Source of the DNA: the human T2T-CHM13v2.0 reference genome, Homo sapiens
Reading direction: 5' to 3' (one strand)
Assembly (NCBI RefSeq): GCF_009914755.1
Contig: NC_060932.1
Length of the DNA stretch: 64,000 nt
How positions within the stretch are numbered: the first letter of the stretch is position 1; each line of letters starts with the position of its first letter. Shown here in pieces: positions 27,232-39,314 of this stretch. A program made the position numbers and the translations under genes. The notes beneath the pieces were generated by a model. The model worked only from the letters and a program-made list of their open reading frames with translations. It was not told where the DNA came from and made no database searches.

Positions 27232-27849
27232 GTTGTCCCTGTATATATAGATCTATTTCTGGGTTCTCTATTCTATTGTTCTGAATATATGTGTATATAA
27301 CATGTATACAATATATGTAATAGTCAATACCAAACTATTTGATTACCATAACTTTATACCATGTCTTGAAATCAACTGGTGCTGAACTTCTAACTTTACT
27401 TTTTATTTGCAAAGTTGTGTTAACTATTCTAGGTTCTTGACATTTCCACATTAATTGTAGAATTGGTTTGTTAATTTCTCCAAAAATTAGGCTAAAATGT
27501 TTATTGAGATTGCTCAAAATCTATATATAATTTACAGATAATAATGTCAAAAAATAAATATTCCTACAAATGATCAAGCTATATATCTCCATTTATTTAT
27601 GTATTTTCAATTTGTCTTATTTGTAGATTTCAGCTATATGGGTATTACCCATCTTTTGCTATATGTATCCCTAAGTATTTCTTAATTTTTGAAGTGCTTG
27701 TATGTGATATTTTGAAATTTCAATTTCCAAGTTTTTGTTGCTCTTAATATAATTATGTACACGTGTTAACATTATATCCTAAAAACTTATCTAAACTCAC
27801 TTAATATTTTAATTATTATTTTTTTAAATCCACTATATTTTCTATATAG

Positions 27850-28059
27850 AATAGTTTTTCAGCAGAATCACTATTGGGATTTGGACTGTATAATTATTTG
27901 TCGCAGGGGGCCATCCTGTGTATCATAGCATGTTTAGCACCATCCTGATCCTCTATATATTAGATGCCAAGAGCACCTCACTTGTGATAATTAAAAATAA
28001 CTCCAGATATTGACATATATCTCCTGAGGAGCACTATCACTCCCAGGAGGAAACCAAAG
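27850..28059 (-). mobile_element. MER20 (hAT-Charlie MITE)
   Basis: CACTATTG..ATAATT.TTTG..GGGGG..TCCTGTG..ATGTTTAGCA.CATCC..TAGATGCCA..TTGTGA..AAAAAT..CTCCAGA matches MER20. Confidence 0.85.
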
Positions 28060-28123
28060 ATTTATCACATCATCTGCGAATAAAGGCAGTTTTCTAATTC
28101 TTTTCCAATCTGGATGTATTTAT

Positions 28124-28244
28124 GTTCTTTCTTTTCTTTTCTTTCTTTTTCCTTCCTTCCTTCCTTCCTTCCTTCCTTCCTTCCTTCCTTCCTTCCTTCC
28201 CTCCTTCTTTCTTTCTTCTTCTCTCTCTCTCTCTCTCTTTTTTT
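28124..28244. repeat. polypyrimidine (TTTC)/(TTCC)n/(CT)n microsatellite
   Basis: Long CCTT run with CT and T tracts. Generates ORFs 28065..28262 and 28122..28409. Confidence 0.96.
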
Positions 28245-31003
28245 GCGGTATTGCTTCAACAATGCATTCTAGTAGTATGTTCAATAGAAGCAGTAAGAAG
28301 GAATATGGAATATCATTGTCATGACCTTTATATTAAAGTGGATATATTCAGTCTTTTGCTAATTGAAATAATGTCAACTATATGTTTTATTAAATGCCCC
28401 TTTTATTAAATTCAGGTATCTTCTATACCTAAATTGTTGAGAATTTTAATCTGGAATAGATGCTGGATTTGGTCAAATTTTGTTGTTGTTGTTGTTGTTC
28501 CATTTTTTGAGATTTTCACATATTCTATTACTATTAAAGTTTTCCATTATTGTGAATTGCATTGATTAATCTTTTTAAATGTTAAACCAACTTTACATTT
28601 GTATGATCAACTTTACTTGGTCATAATGAGTTATCCATTTAATTTACAGCTGGATTTTATTTGCAAAATATTTTACTTAAAATGTTTACACTCATGTTGA
28701 TGGGGAATAATAATCTGTAAGATGGTTTAAATAATATAATTGATTTTGGTGTTAAAGTAATACTGACTTCTTAGAATAAGTTAAAGTGTATTTCATCCTT
28801 TTCAATTGTGAGGAAGACTTTCTGTTATATTGCTTGATATTCTGTAGAACTAATCAGTGAAACTGTGTTGGCCTAGAATTTTCTTTGTGGGAAGGTTTTT
28901 AAGTACAAATTTAACTTGTTTAATAGAAATAAGGCTACTCAGTTTATTTCCTAATTAGTGAATGACTTTGGTAATTTGTTTCTGTAAGGGAATTTCTTTA
29001 TTTCATAATGTAGAATTACTGGCATATGGTTATTCATAGTGTTTCCTTATCCTTTTGACAGCTATAAAAATCTTCATTGATGTTAACTCTTTCATTCCTT
29101 ACATTAGTAATTTTTGTTTTCTGACTTTTTTTCTCATCAACTTGGCCATGGGTTTATAAATTTTACTGAATATATGAAATAACCAGATTTGGGATTTTTT
29201 AATTTTCTCTATTGGCTTTTTGTTATCTATTTCATTGATTTCTGTTTTCATCTTCATTATTTAATTTCTTCTATTTGAGGTTAGGTTTACTTTTTTTCTA
29301 GATTCTTCTGCTGTAAGTGGAGATCATTGATGTAAAACCATTTTTCTTTTCTAGTATTGACGTTTACTTCCATAAATTTCCCACTACATCATCATTCTTT
29401 AGGGGCATCTCTCAATATTTTATGTGTGTTTTTACATTCTTTCAATTCAAAATGATTTCTAAATTCATTTTATCTCCTGTTCACCTTCATTAAATAAACA
29501 AATTTTGTAATTTTAAAAAATGTCTTATTTGACTCATGCATTATTTTTAAAAGTTGCTGGTTTGTTTCAAATTATTTGGAGATTTTTCCAGATATCTTTC
29601 TGTTATTGACTTCTAATATAACTTTATTATAGTGAAAGAACTATATTTTGTATGACTTAAATAATTTTTAACTTATTCAAACAGATTTTATGGCTCAGAA
29701 TATTGTCTATTTTGGTAAAACTTTTTGTACACTTTGAAGACAGTAAATTATTTTGTTATTGGGTAGAGTGTTCTGCATGTGTCAATTAAGTTGGTTGATA
29801 GCATTATTTAACTCTTCCATATTCTTATTATTTTTGTCTCACTGATCAATTAAGAGGAGAGTATTAATATTTTTGGCCATACTTACAAATTTTTCTTTTT
29901 ACATTTTACTTTTAAATTTTTCTTGGTTTTATGTCTAGCTTGAATTCTTTATATCTCTTGCTATTTTATCAAATCAGACAATCTCTAAATTGAAATTAAA
30001 AAGCTAGGACACTAACATTTCATGTCATTATTTATATTAGGTAAACCTATCATCATGTTATTTCTTTTCAAATTATTCCTGCTGAGGATGAGAGAGCTTG
30101 GTAAACAACACAGCAATTAATCAAATGCGGACTGTATTCTAGAACACATGCCTTAATTATTTCCTAACACAAATTCATAGTACTATGAAGTAGACAAGTA
30201 TTATTCATGCATACAGTTGTTCATTCTACAAATGTTTATTGATCATCACACATTATCTTTATCTTTCAAGGTGATTATATCCAGTAGATAGTTGTAACAA
30301 TCAAAAACTAACCAATTTTATGGGAGCAATTTTTACACTTGTCTCCACAAAACTACTATTCTTAGGCCTTTAACCTCCTGTACCACCACCAACTTGCTCT
30401 TTGTCAAAGCCTCCTACCCTCTCTATTAAGGACTTATGAGGTACCTTGGGCCTTTAATAAGCTACTGCATGTAAGATGCAGTGGGAAGAGGGCAGTATTG
30501 CATGCACAGAATATCTTGCATGGTACTCAGCAAGGTTCTGGGCCAAAGGGAATATCTTGCAGTTGAATTAACTTCAGGCTTATGTGCACATAACTATTTT
30601 CCTAAATTTTGGTTGTGCTTGGTCCACACTCTAAATTCCAAGTGATCATTTTTTCCTGTTTTGTTTTTTTTTTCTTTCCAGTGAAGACAAATTCTACAGA
30701 TTTGAGGTAGTTCTTTTTCTTTTCTCTCTATTTATTTCATTTGTTAGAATTCTAATTTCTTGGAGTGCCTCCCTCAGATCTTCCTTTTTCATTCCCAAAT
30801 GCCTTGGTTGTGTCTCAAAACAATGAATGCTAACTGATCCTTGTTCTTCTAATTCCTATATAAAAATATTATTTCTCTCTTACTAGTATGGTTGCCTCTT
30901 TTTAGGAGAAAAGTCACTTACAAGGGGGACAGAAATTGCTAAGATTAATATTCAAACTACAAAAAGTAGTTTTGGGGTCCAGTGAATGAATGTTGCCAAA
31001 TGC

Positions 31004-31158
31004 ATGTGTATATATGTATATATACACACACATATGTTCTATATATACACATATATATCATGTATATATTACATATATATGAAGAGATATATGAGATATA
31101 TGAAGAGAGAGAGACTAGAATGAAGAGAGAGACTGGAATACGTACATATATATATGTA

Positions 31159-31202
<44 letters not shown>
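31004..31202. repeat. compound (TA/CA)-(GA)-(TG)n(TA)n simple repeat
   Basis: Directly visible. Confidence 0.92.
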
Positions 31203-31942
31203 ATGTTACATTACACAGTTATAATTCTAACCATACTTGCATGGGACTTGCTTCTAGGAATACTTCTTCACCCAATTTTTGGATGTACATTGAAAAGCTT
31301 ATGTGCTTTAGCACCTCAAAATGGAAGGATGAAAGCTCTGTAGAATAACTAAAATGTGACATGATCACAGGCAGGAGGCAGTTAGCAGAAAACATTTACA
31401 TTCATAAGGTTGCAAAATTGTAAGTGAAGATCTAGTTCTCATTAATGCCTAGTTAAAATGGCAGTTCTCATCAGAAACTGACAATGCAGCACACAAAATT
31501 ATAAACATAGAATTTTTTTGTTTTGATTAGCATACCTGCAATTAAAATAATCAGAATCTGTGTTTGTAAGGTACCAACCAGATTATGTTTGTTTGTAAAT
31601 AGCTTACACATCAAACAATACATAATGAATACCACATGATGTGAGGCTGAATTATCTTTCTACTATCTCTTTAGAAAATTATATTCTAATTATGATATGA
31701 AGACACAATTAGAGATTCCACCCATAAAGCACAGTAAAAAATACTACAGAATAATGCAAGCAGTTAACCAATAATATTGTCTTGTTTTTCTGTATTTTGT
31801 GATGCCCTTAGAATTTGCAAGTTTTTAAACATTTATAATCTGTTATGATTTGTTTGTTCATTCTAAATTACTATTATGTTCACATATAATTTTATTTTCA
31901 ATATTTTTGTGTTCTATATTATTTTAAAAAGATTTGCAATGC

Positions 31943-32000
31943 CTGACTCCACCCTGACTATACATCAAAAGCTGACTCCACCCTGACTATACATCAAAAG
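31943..32000. repeat. perfect 29-bp tandem duplication
   Basis: CTGACTCCACCCTGACTATACATCAAAAG at 31943-31971 and 31972-32000. Confidence 0.97.
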
Positions 32001-32039
32001 CCTGCACAGAAATGGAAGAGCATTAGGAAATGGTCTTTT

Positions 32040-32980
32040 AAAGCTAGTGCAAAGCCAGATTCTGGTGGACTTTTAGGCAATAGGAAGAATTGAAATTGTA
32101 TCTTTACTGTGTACCAGGCTTGTATCAAAAAAATATGTTACTCTGGTTCCTGTGTGAAGAGGAGATTAGAGAAAGGAAGCCAGAATAAAATCAGATATGA
32201 GCTGGAAATCAATTTTATTATTCAGGCTTAAACTGATGGTGGCTCAGTCGAGAATTTCATGGGTAGGCAAAAGACACTGAAAAGCTTAGAGAATGTGTAA
32301 AAACAAAGTGCTGTATGAAACAGTAGTTTCTTTTGTGTGTTTTGTTGTTATTGTTGTTGTTGTTTCTTTGTAATACATTAACTGTTGGGAATACAAAGAA
32401 AGAGAAAATGATTTATGTCTCATGGGTATTTGTCTCAAGGCTCTGGGTAAATGGTTGCTACACTTACTAATAAAGAAGAAATAAAACTAAAAGAAATGTG
32501 TAGAGCTTGTGCAAAGGTACAGTATAAACAATAAAAGGAAAAAAAGAAACGGCCCAAATGGTTTACAGACATTAAAAATTCAAAGGCTAAGGTTCACAAG
32601 AAATGGAGTGCATTCAATAACATCAAATTTTGTTGAGATTTTGACATCAATGAAGACAGAGATGTATTTATTGGATTTAAAAATAAAGTTACTTTGGCAT
32701 GAACACATGTACTATTCTGGAGGGGTTAGAGCCTTTTGCTGGATTGGAGTGAGTTGAAGAGTACAATGTGAGGAGGTGGTTCTTTACAAGAAATACTATC
32801 AAGAAGTGTTTATTGAAGGTGGGCAGAGAAAAGAGTAAATATAGAGTGAATTATAGTCTCTATAAGCAAATGAATGATGTAGCTAGTGTAGCTCATTATT
32901 ATTAGAATAGAGAAATTAATTTCTCTTGAGAATAAAAAGAAATACGAATATTTCATGATTCAGGAGAGAGAACAATACCA
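32040..32980 (+). mobile_element. L2 fragments, degenerate
   Basis: AGCCAGAT..GGAC.TT.TAGGC, ACTCTGG.T.CTGTGTG.AGA, GATGGTGGCT, TCAAAT..TG.TGAGA...TTGGATTTA are typical of the L2 3' region. Confidence 0.55.
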
Positions 32981-33000
32981 GAAGTTTAACTGATGAATTT

Positions 33001-33390
33001 TGTAATTTGGATTCCTCCAGCAGCCACCCATGAAAAAATAAATCAAGTGTAAGTAGTTTATTTTGGAGGTACAGAAATACTAGTAGGGCAGTCAGAAATT
33101 AAAACTGGAAAGAGAAGTCAGCTAATTAGGTTGTGTTATCAGGCCAGCCAGCATCATAAGAAATAGCATAGAACACATATTTGTTACTCCATCTGAAAGA
33201 CAGGAATCTGGGATAAATTTATTTGAGACCTTCTCCCAGATTGAATGCCAGGCTCTGATGACATCCAGTAGCCTTCCCTAGAGAAAGGCCTTAAGCAGAC
33301 ATAGAGATAGTGGCAGCTGGACATTGTCCAGGACATCAGAATTATGAAAGCCTGAGGGCTGTAGATGGAGCACCTGTAACATCGTACACA
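33001..33390 (-). mobile_element. ERVL LTR (LTR33/LTR16-like)
   Basis: TCAAGTGTAAGTAGTTTATTTTGGAGGT...AGCTAAT.AGG.TGTGTTATC resembles LTR33/LTR16. Confidence 0.55.
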
Positions 33391-34699
33391 TCCAAAGCAT
33401 GTAAGTTATAAAATTGAGTCTTATATTAATAAATTCCAGGTTAAAGCACATATTTTTACTTAAGAATGTAAATGTTACATTTTTTTATATGTTGTCTCAT
33501 TTGAACAACTTTTAAATAATTTTTACAGTAATGAAAACAAACTAAAAGTGTCATATTTAAATGGTTTCCCTCAGTAGAATGTTTGGACAGAACAGATTGA
33601 AGAAGAAAAGCATTGGTTATTCATATAAATGGAAAAACAATTTGCCATTCATTTTAGATTTTGATATGGGTTGACATTTGGAATTTATTAAATCAGTTTT
33701 GTCATTTTCCTAATGCAATGCCTGATGTTGAAGCTACACGTGACAAAACTGGAAGAGACAGGAAATCTTCCTTTGTTCCATTGAAATTAATAATAATAAT
33801 AAAAATAAACCTTTTAGATAAAATGACTCTAATTCTATGGTCATTAATGCTTGAACTGAAGAAATGTTTAAGCAGAAATTATTTTGTAAACTCTAGCTTT
33901 GGGGAAAGGAATACACTGATTATATTCACAGTTAGAATGGTTTTGCTCAGCATAAAACAATCAACTAACTCAATTCACAGAAATATAAAAGGTGAAAGCT
34001 ACAGTTTTAAATATTAATTCCATCCACTGAAAAGATAACAGTGCTTTTTAACAGTGCTTCTTTAAACTGTTATATCACTGTCCCAGTTGGTGGTTGATGA
34101 TTCTGACAAACTGTGATGCTAGTTACTTAACAAAGCCCATAGCTTTCAAGCTGCTATACAACAGTGATTTTCTGATATGCTTGCTATGAGTATAAGGTTT
34201 TATTCCAATAATGTTATCTGGAAACTCTGACACCCCTGTAGTCTTAGAGAAGAATATGACTGTCACTAGGCCCGCTGAGAATCACTTTGTTTAAAATATT
34301 AAATATCAGTGTCTGTTGAAAGAAAATGAGATGACTATTTAGATGGCTGAAAATTATTAGGAATCTCTTCCATACCTTAAAAAAACTAAAGAAAATTGGT
34401 TTACATTAAGAATAATAACATTTTTACTTAAATCTTATTCTATTTAGATTTCTACTATGATAGGCAAATGTTTCATGCTATAGCTATAAGCATCCCTCAA
34501 ATATTTAAAAGTTTGCAAATTTATTTTTACTTCTTGGCCTTTTTTCATCATTTAATATCTTGTTAGATAATATTTACTATTTTGATTAAATAATAAATTC
34601 TATTCTTTCTCATTAAGCTAACAGTCATGAATAAACAAGAAACAGTAGTCTACTGCTTAGAAAAGGGCAAGAATGTAAATGTGGTCTTCATAATATAGC

Positions 34700-35606
34700 T
34701 GTGAGAGAATAGCCGACAGCTAAGAGACAATGTGTTAAGTTCAAGGACTCATCAAGGAAAATAAATGACCATGAGAAAACAATGTTGAACAAGCTTTATT
34801 GGGTGTCCAACCACTTGGGAAGGGTTTCATGAAAGAGGAAGTCATTCTCAGTAGGTGGCTTTCCAAAGATTGAAGTGCAGGGCTATCTCACAGAAACAGA
34901 AAAGGCAAGGGAACTACGAGGGAACAGAAGAATTAGTGGGAACTTATATGTCTAGGCAATGTTGCTCAAGGTAGGGAGTCTGAATCAGAGAGCTCGGAAG
35001 GACAACAGCAGGTTAAGGACTTGCCTAGTTATAGGGTGGGTCTTTTCTGTAGTTAGGGGAGAACTTATAAACAGTATGGAAATCAGACAAGCTCTAAATG
35101 GCTAAAACTTTGTTGATATTAACTATTTTTCAAATAATTGGGTGTTGAAAATTAGAATTTTCTGCCTGATATGGTTTGGCTCTTTGTTCCCACCAAAATG
35201 TCAACTTGAACTGTAATACCCGTGAGAGAGGGACCTGGTGGGAAGTAATTGTATTATGGGGATGGTTCCTCCATGCTGTTTTCATGAGTGAGTGAGTTCT
35301 CACAAGAGCTTATGATTTTAAAAGTGTTTGGCAGTTCTCAATTTGCTCTTCTCTCTCTCTACTGCTGCTTTGTGAAGAAGGTGCTTGCTTTCCCTTCACC
35401 TACAGCCATGATTGTAAGTTTCCTGAGGCTTCCCCAGCCATGCAGAACTGTGAGTCAATTAAACGTTTTTTGTTTATAAATTACTCAGTCTCAGGTAATA
35501 TCTTTATAGCTGTGTGAGAATGAACTAATACACTGCCTCAAATTAAATCTTTGAGCCAATGATCCTAGCTTGTTATGAAGAAGTAAAAAACATAGGGGCC
35601 AATACA
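34700..35606 (-). mobile_element. probable old ERV LTR, family unassigned, interrupted by THE1D
   Basis: TG...CA termini, minus-strand AATAAA at 34795-34800, purine/GC-richer than flanks. Confidence 0.35.
35167..35532 (+). mobile_element. THE1D-like solo LTR
   Basis: TGATATGGTTTGGCTC...AAAAGTGTTTGGCAGTT...GAACTAATACA, perfect TSD CTGCC. Confidence 0.94.
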
Positions 35607-36869
35607 GAGGTGCCATTTTTAGCTCATTTATATATAAATCCATTTTCTTTAGCTCCAAATCATTTAAGAATCCAAGTTGTATTGTATTTCATAATATCTG
35701 AATTTGCAGCCAGTGATACAGCATCCTAAAGACAAAGAATCCTACAAGGGAGCACAGCAGGATTTCAAAGACTCTTCACAGCTAGCCTGCCCTCAGAGAA
35801 AGTCAGAAGAGTAGATCAGAAAATAAGAAGACTTTAATTTGCTCCGTCTGCTTGGTTAATAGTGTGACATTATTTGGTACATGTCACTCGCTATCCAAAA
35901 AACTTGCTGAGTGTTATCTACCTAAGTACAGCAAGATATGTTAGCAAGTGCACAGACCTCCCATTAAGAAGTCAATAGTAACTTAGGGGCTATGTGGTTA
36001 TAGCCCTTAAAATATGAGGAGATTAAGTCCTTGGGCCATTTCTTTAATTTATATGGATAATTCCTTGGATATGACTATTTGTGTTTCTTTTCACTTTTGT
36101 GTAATGTCTTGCACATATGACGTCATCACTGCCTCAAGAATTATTGTCCCTAGGGTGGTTAGTACAAGGGGACAATTAGGAAAGATTTTTTTGTATGGCA
36201 TTAGAGAGTTGCAGCCAGTATGGTTTTGAGGGACAAGTATTTGGGGAGGGTTTCTACTTTACGAAAATCAACTGGAATTTCCAGCCTGGCCAAGGAATTT
36301 TGACCAAACACAATGAATGTAGGATATGTTGCCAAAGCTCAGACTAGGGGAAGCTTATGATAGAGGAAGCCATTTGACTTCCATACAGGTCAACAAATCT
36401 CTCTGCTGTTTGTATTCTCTGCATTCCTATGAAGATAAATTTGTATTGTTTAGTGTTATTCTAAGTCATGCTAATAGGGGAACATAATAATATAGTCAAA
36501 GAAACTTGGTTGTTATCTGCCTTGCATACAGAACCTAGGCCAAATAAATTGGTTATAAACTCAGCCCACTATTTCCCATGTATTTATGGGAGATTAGCCT
36601 CTGGTTATTGTTCTTGGATGTCAGTGATTAGGACAAGAAGCTTATTTTGATCAATGAGATTTACAGGGTGGATTGGCCAGAGGATAGGTATTATGCTATG
36701 TGTATCAAATTCAGGTTGGAAATATTCTGTTTCTGTAGTATGCAATACGGTAGTCACAGCCACATAGGGCTATTGAAAAATAATTGACATCTTTACTATG
36801 TTTATTCTTTCAAATTACAAACATGGTATGTCTCCCTATGTAGAAAGATGACTTTTATTCCTTTCATCA

Positions 36870-37830
36870 ACACTTTGCAATATTCATGGTAAGTTTTTTC
36901 ATTCATGGTTTGTTTTGTTTTGTGTTACACAAAATATTTTGGTTTCTTTTTAAGAAGTGTGAATAACATTGTGTTTCCATCTGAAATTTGGTTTCCACTT
37001 GTTAGTTGCCAGTGTGCGGACATTTTATTTATTTTTATAAGTTGATTGTTTAACTTGTGTCATTGCTGGACTTATTTATTAGTACAGAAGAATTATTTAT
37101 AGATTTGCTGAAATTTTCAATGTAGAAAATTGTGTTGTATGCAAAAAAAATCTGGTTGTATTTTTCACTTCCACTATATGTGCTTTTCAAAATGTCTTTT
37201 GTTCTTTTCCAGTGACTAGAAGTTCCAGAACTATTTTGAATAGGAGCGAACATGCTTGCCTTGTTCTTGAACTTAGGGGAAAAGCATTAGGTCTCTCAAT
37301 GGTAAGTAAGCTATAAAAAACAGGTGTATTTAGATGCTCTCTATCAAGTTTATATGGTTTCTCTCTATTTTCAGTTCCTTGAGGGTTTTGTTTATTGGAT
37401 TTTGTGAAATGCTATTTTTTAGCCAATTGATATAATCTTATAATTTTTCTGTCTTAGCTTGTTGCTAGGGTTAATTATATTCATTAGTTTTCTAATGTTG
37501 AAATAGCCTTGCATACCCGCAATACACTCCAATTGTCATTGCATATAAATTATACATTGCTGAATTTGATTTGCTAATATTTTCTTAATGAATTATGCAT
37601 GGAGGTTTGTGACTGGTATTGGTCTGCAGTTTTATTTTTTTAAATAATGATTTGCTTAGTTTTGGTATTGGGGTAATAACAGGCTCATAACCAGAGATGG
37701 GCAGTATTTCTCTTTATTTTATGTTTTTGAAAAAATATTGTGTAAACTTGGTATTAATTTTTTTTTAATGTTTGATGAAATTCTCAAGTTAAAACTTTTG
37801 GGCCTGGACATTTCTTTTTTGGGACCTTAT
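36870..37830 (-). mobile_element. old L1M ORF2 fragment
   Basis: CTTGCCTTGTTCTTGA.CTTAGGGGAAAAGC, CCTTGCATACC, TTTGCTAATATTTT, GGTATTGGTCTG.AGTTTT. Confidence 0.8.
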
Positions 37831-39314
37831 TTTGTGAAGGATAATTTTGATAGCTATAACGTGTATATTTTCCTCAGGATCACGAAAATGGCACTCTAAT
37901 TTTCTGGCTTTTATCCTAGTTTTTATTTTTTTGATAAGTCAGCTATCAAGCTATCTTTTCTTCTCCAAATATGACTTGTCAGATATTTTAATGGTTTGTA
38001 TTTTTCTAATTATGAATTTACATACTTTCTAAAACCCAAATCATATGTTCTTATGTCTTATAACTAATGGTATTTACTGAAAAACATTGAATATACTAAT
38101 TAATTAGAATATACTTAGTATCCCTAGTGAATTTCTATGTTTAGAGAGAAGAGTCTAAATTAAGATAGGTTCCTTTCATTGTATTCTGTCTTCACAATTC
38201 CTTTTTTAAAATTGTGAACTTGCGTGTTAAATATATAAGGTTAATTTTATGATTTTGATATTCAAAATCACACTTAAGTAATTGAGAATTATATATGTAA
38301 ATGAATGTTCATATATCATAACATCTTACATTTGTCATGGCACATTTATAAGTTTTATTTTTATGTGAGAATTTCTTAGAGAGGTCACCAAGAAAATAGT
38401 GTTCAATTGAAACACAGTTGGTGAGCGGTAAAAAAATAGTAATGAAATTTATCACCATATGGATTCTTCTTTAAAAATGGTGGCAAAGAAGAACACTTGA
38501 GGAGTTTATGTAAGAGTACATCATTGCAATCATTTAGATGTGTGGTTGTGTGTATGTGTGTGCATGTGCACACGTGCACACACATATTTGTAAAAATAAC
38601 TCAAAATAATGCTGAAACTGAAGTGAAGCCATTATATATTATAAGAGAGAAGGAGTCATAGAATAATTCAGGCAAGAAATAACAGGTGATTTTGATTTTA
38701 TGATTATATATGCAAAGTAAGAAATGTGACGGCTAAGCTGTTCTTACATATCAACTATTTTTTATGAATGTCATTATCATTTTGACATGTGTTAATATAC
38801 CCCATTTTACAAGAAGAGGTGTTAATCATATTGATATTGGATTAATTTTTTACATTATTTAAAATGTTTTTAGTGCCTTCCATTCAAACAATGTAGATGT
38901 ATCTTTTGTCAAAATTTTCCTCAGCATTAATTTCAACGTTTACTTGTGTAATTTCTGTCAATTTTATAATAAATTTATTCATAAGTAGTTTTATTTTTTC
39001 TTGCTAATACAGTTTAGGTGATTACTTTAAATATAAACTTTAATATTCTATTAATATATAATATCACTAATTTTCCTATTTAATTGCATAAGAAATTGTT
39101 ACCAAATTCTATTATATTTTGTAATAAATTTTTAATCACACTTTTTTTCTAAGCATGAAATGATGTCATATTTCTTTTTTCTACATAATTTCTGTTTAAA
39201 TCTGGAAGACTGGAGTTAAAGGAAGTAACTTAAAAATATTTATTATTTGAAGGCATGGACAAGATTTAAAGATATTGTCACTATTTAAAGGGGAAGGCTG
39301 GAATGTACAACTTC

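Larger units (their letters stand above)
24675..29880 (-). mobile_element. long old L1M (L1MC/MD-type), 3' UTR plus ORF2, with nested insertions
   Basis: ORF2-like peptides in collinear order: 25287..25514 (NRCFT..TTLRYHYTPTRM), 27335..27517 (ILQLMWK..DFKTWYKVMVIK), 28065.. (IQIGKE). Confidence 0.88.

Noticed and set aside
28065-28409. K/E/R-rich and F/L/P/S-rich ORFs
   Set aside because: Translations of the (TTCC)n/(CT)n microsatellite.
31943-32000. 29-bp direct repeat of CRISPR-like length
   Set aside because: Only two adjacent copies, no spacer, no cas genes, eukaryotic context.
33661-34017. 118-aa ORF (also 47081..47392 and 49688..50065)
   Set aside because: Non-ATG or weak starts, AT-driven composition, no recognisable domain or supporting splice structure. 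This length is expected by chance.
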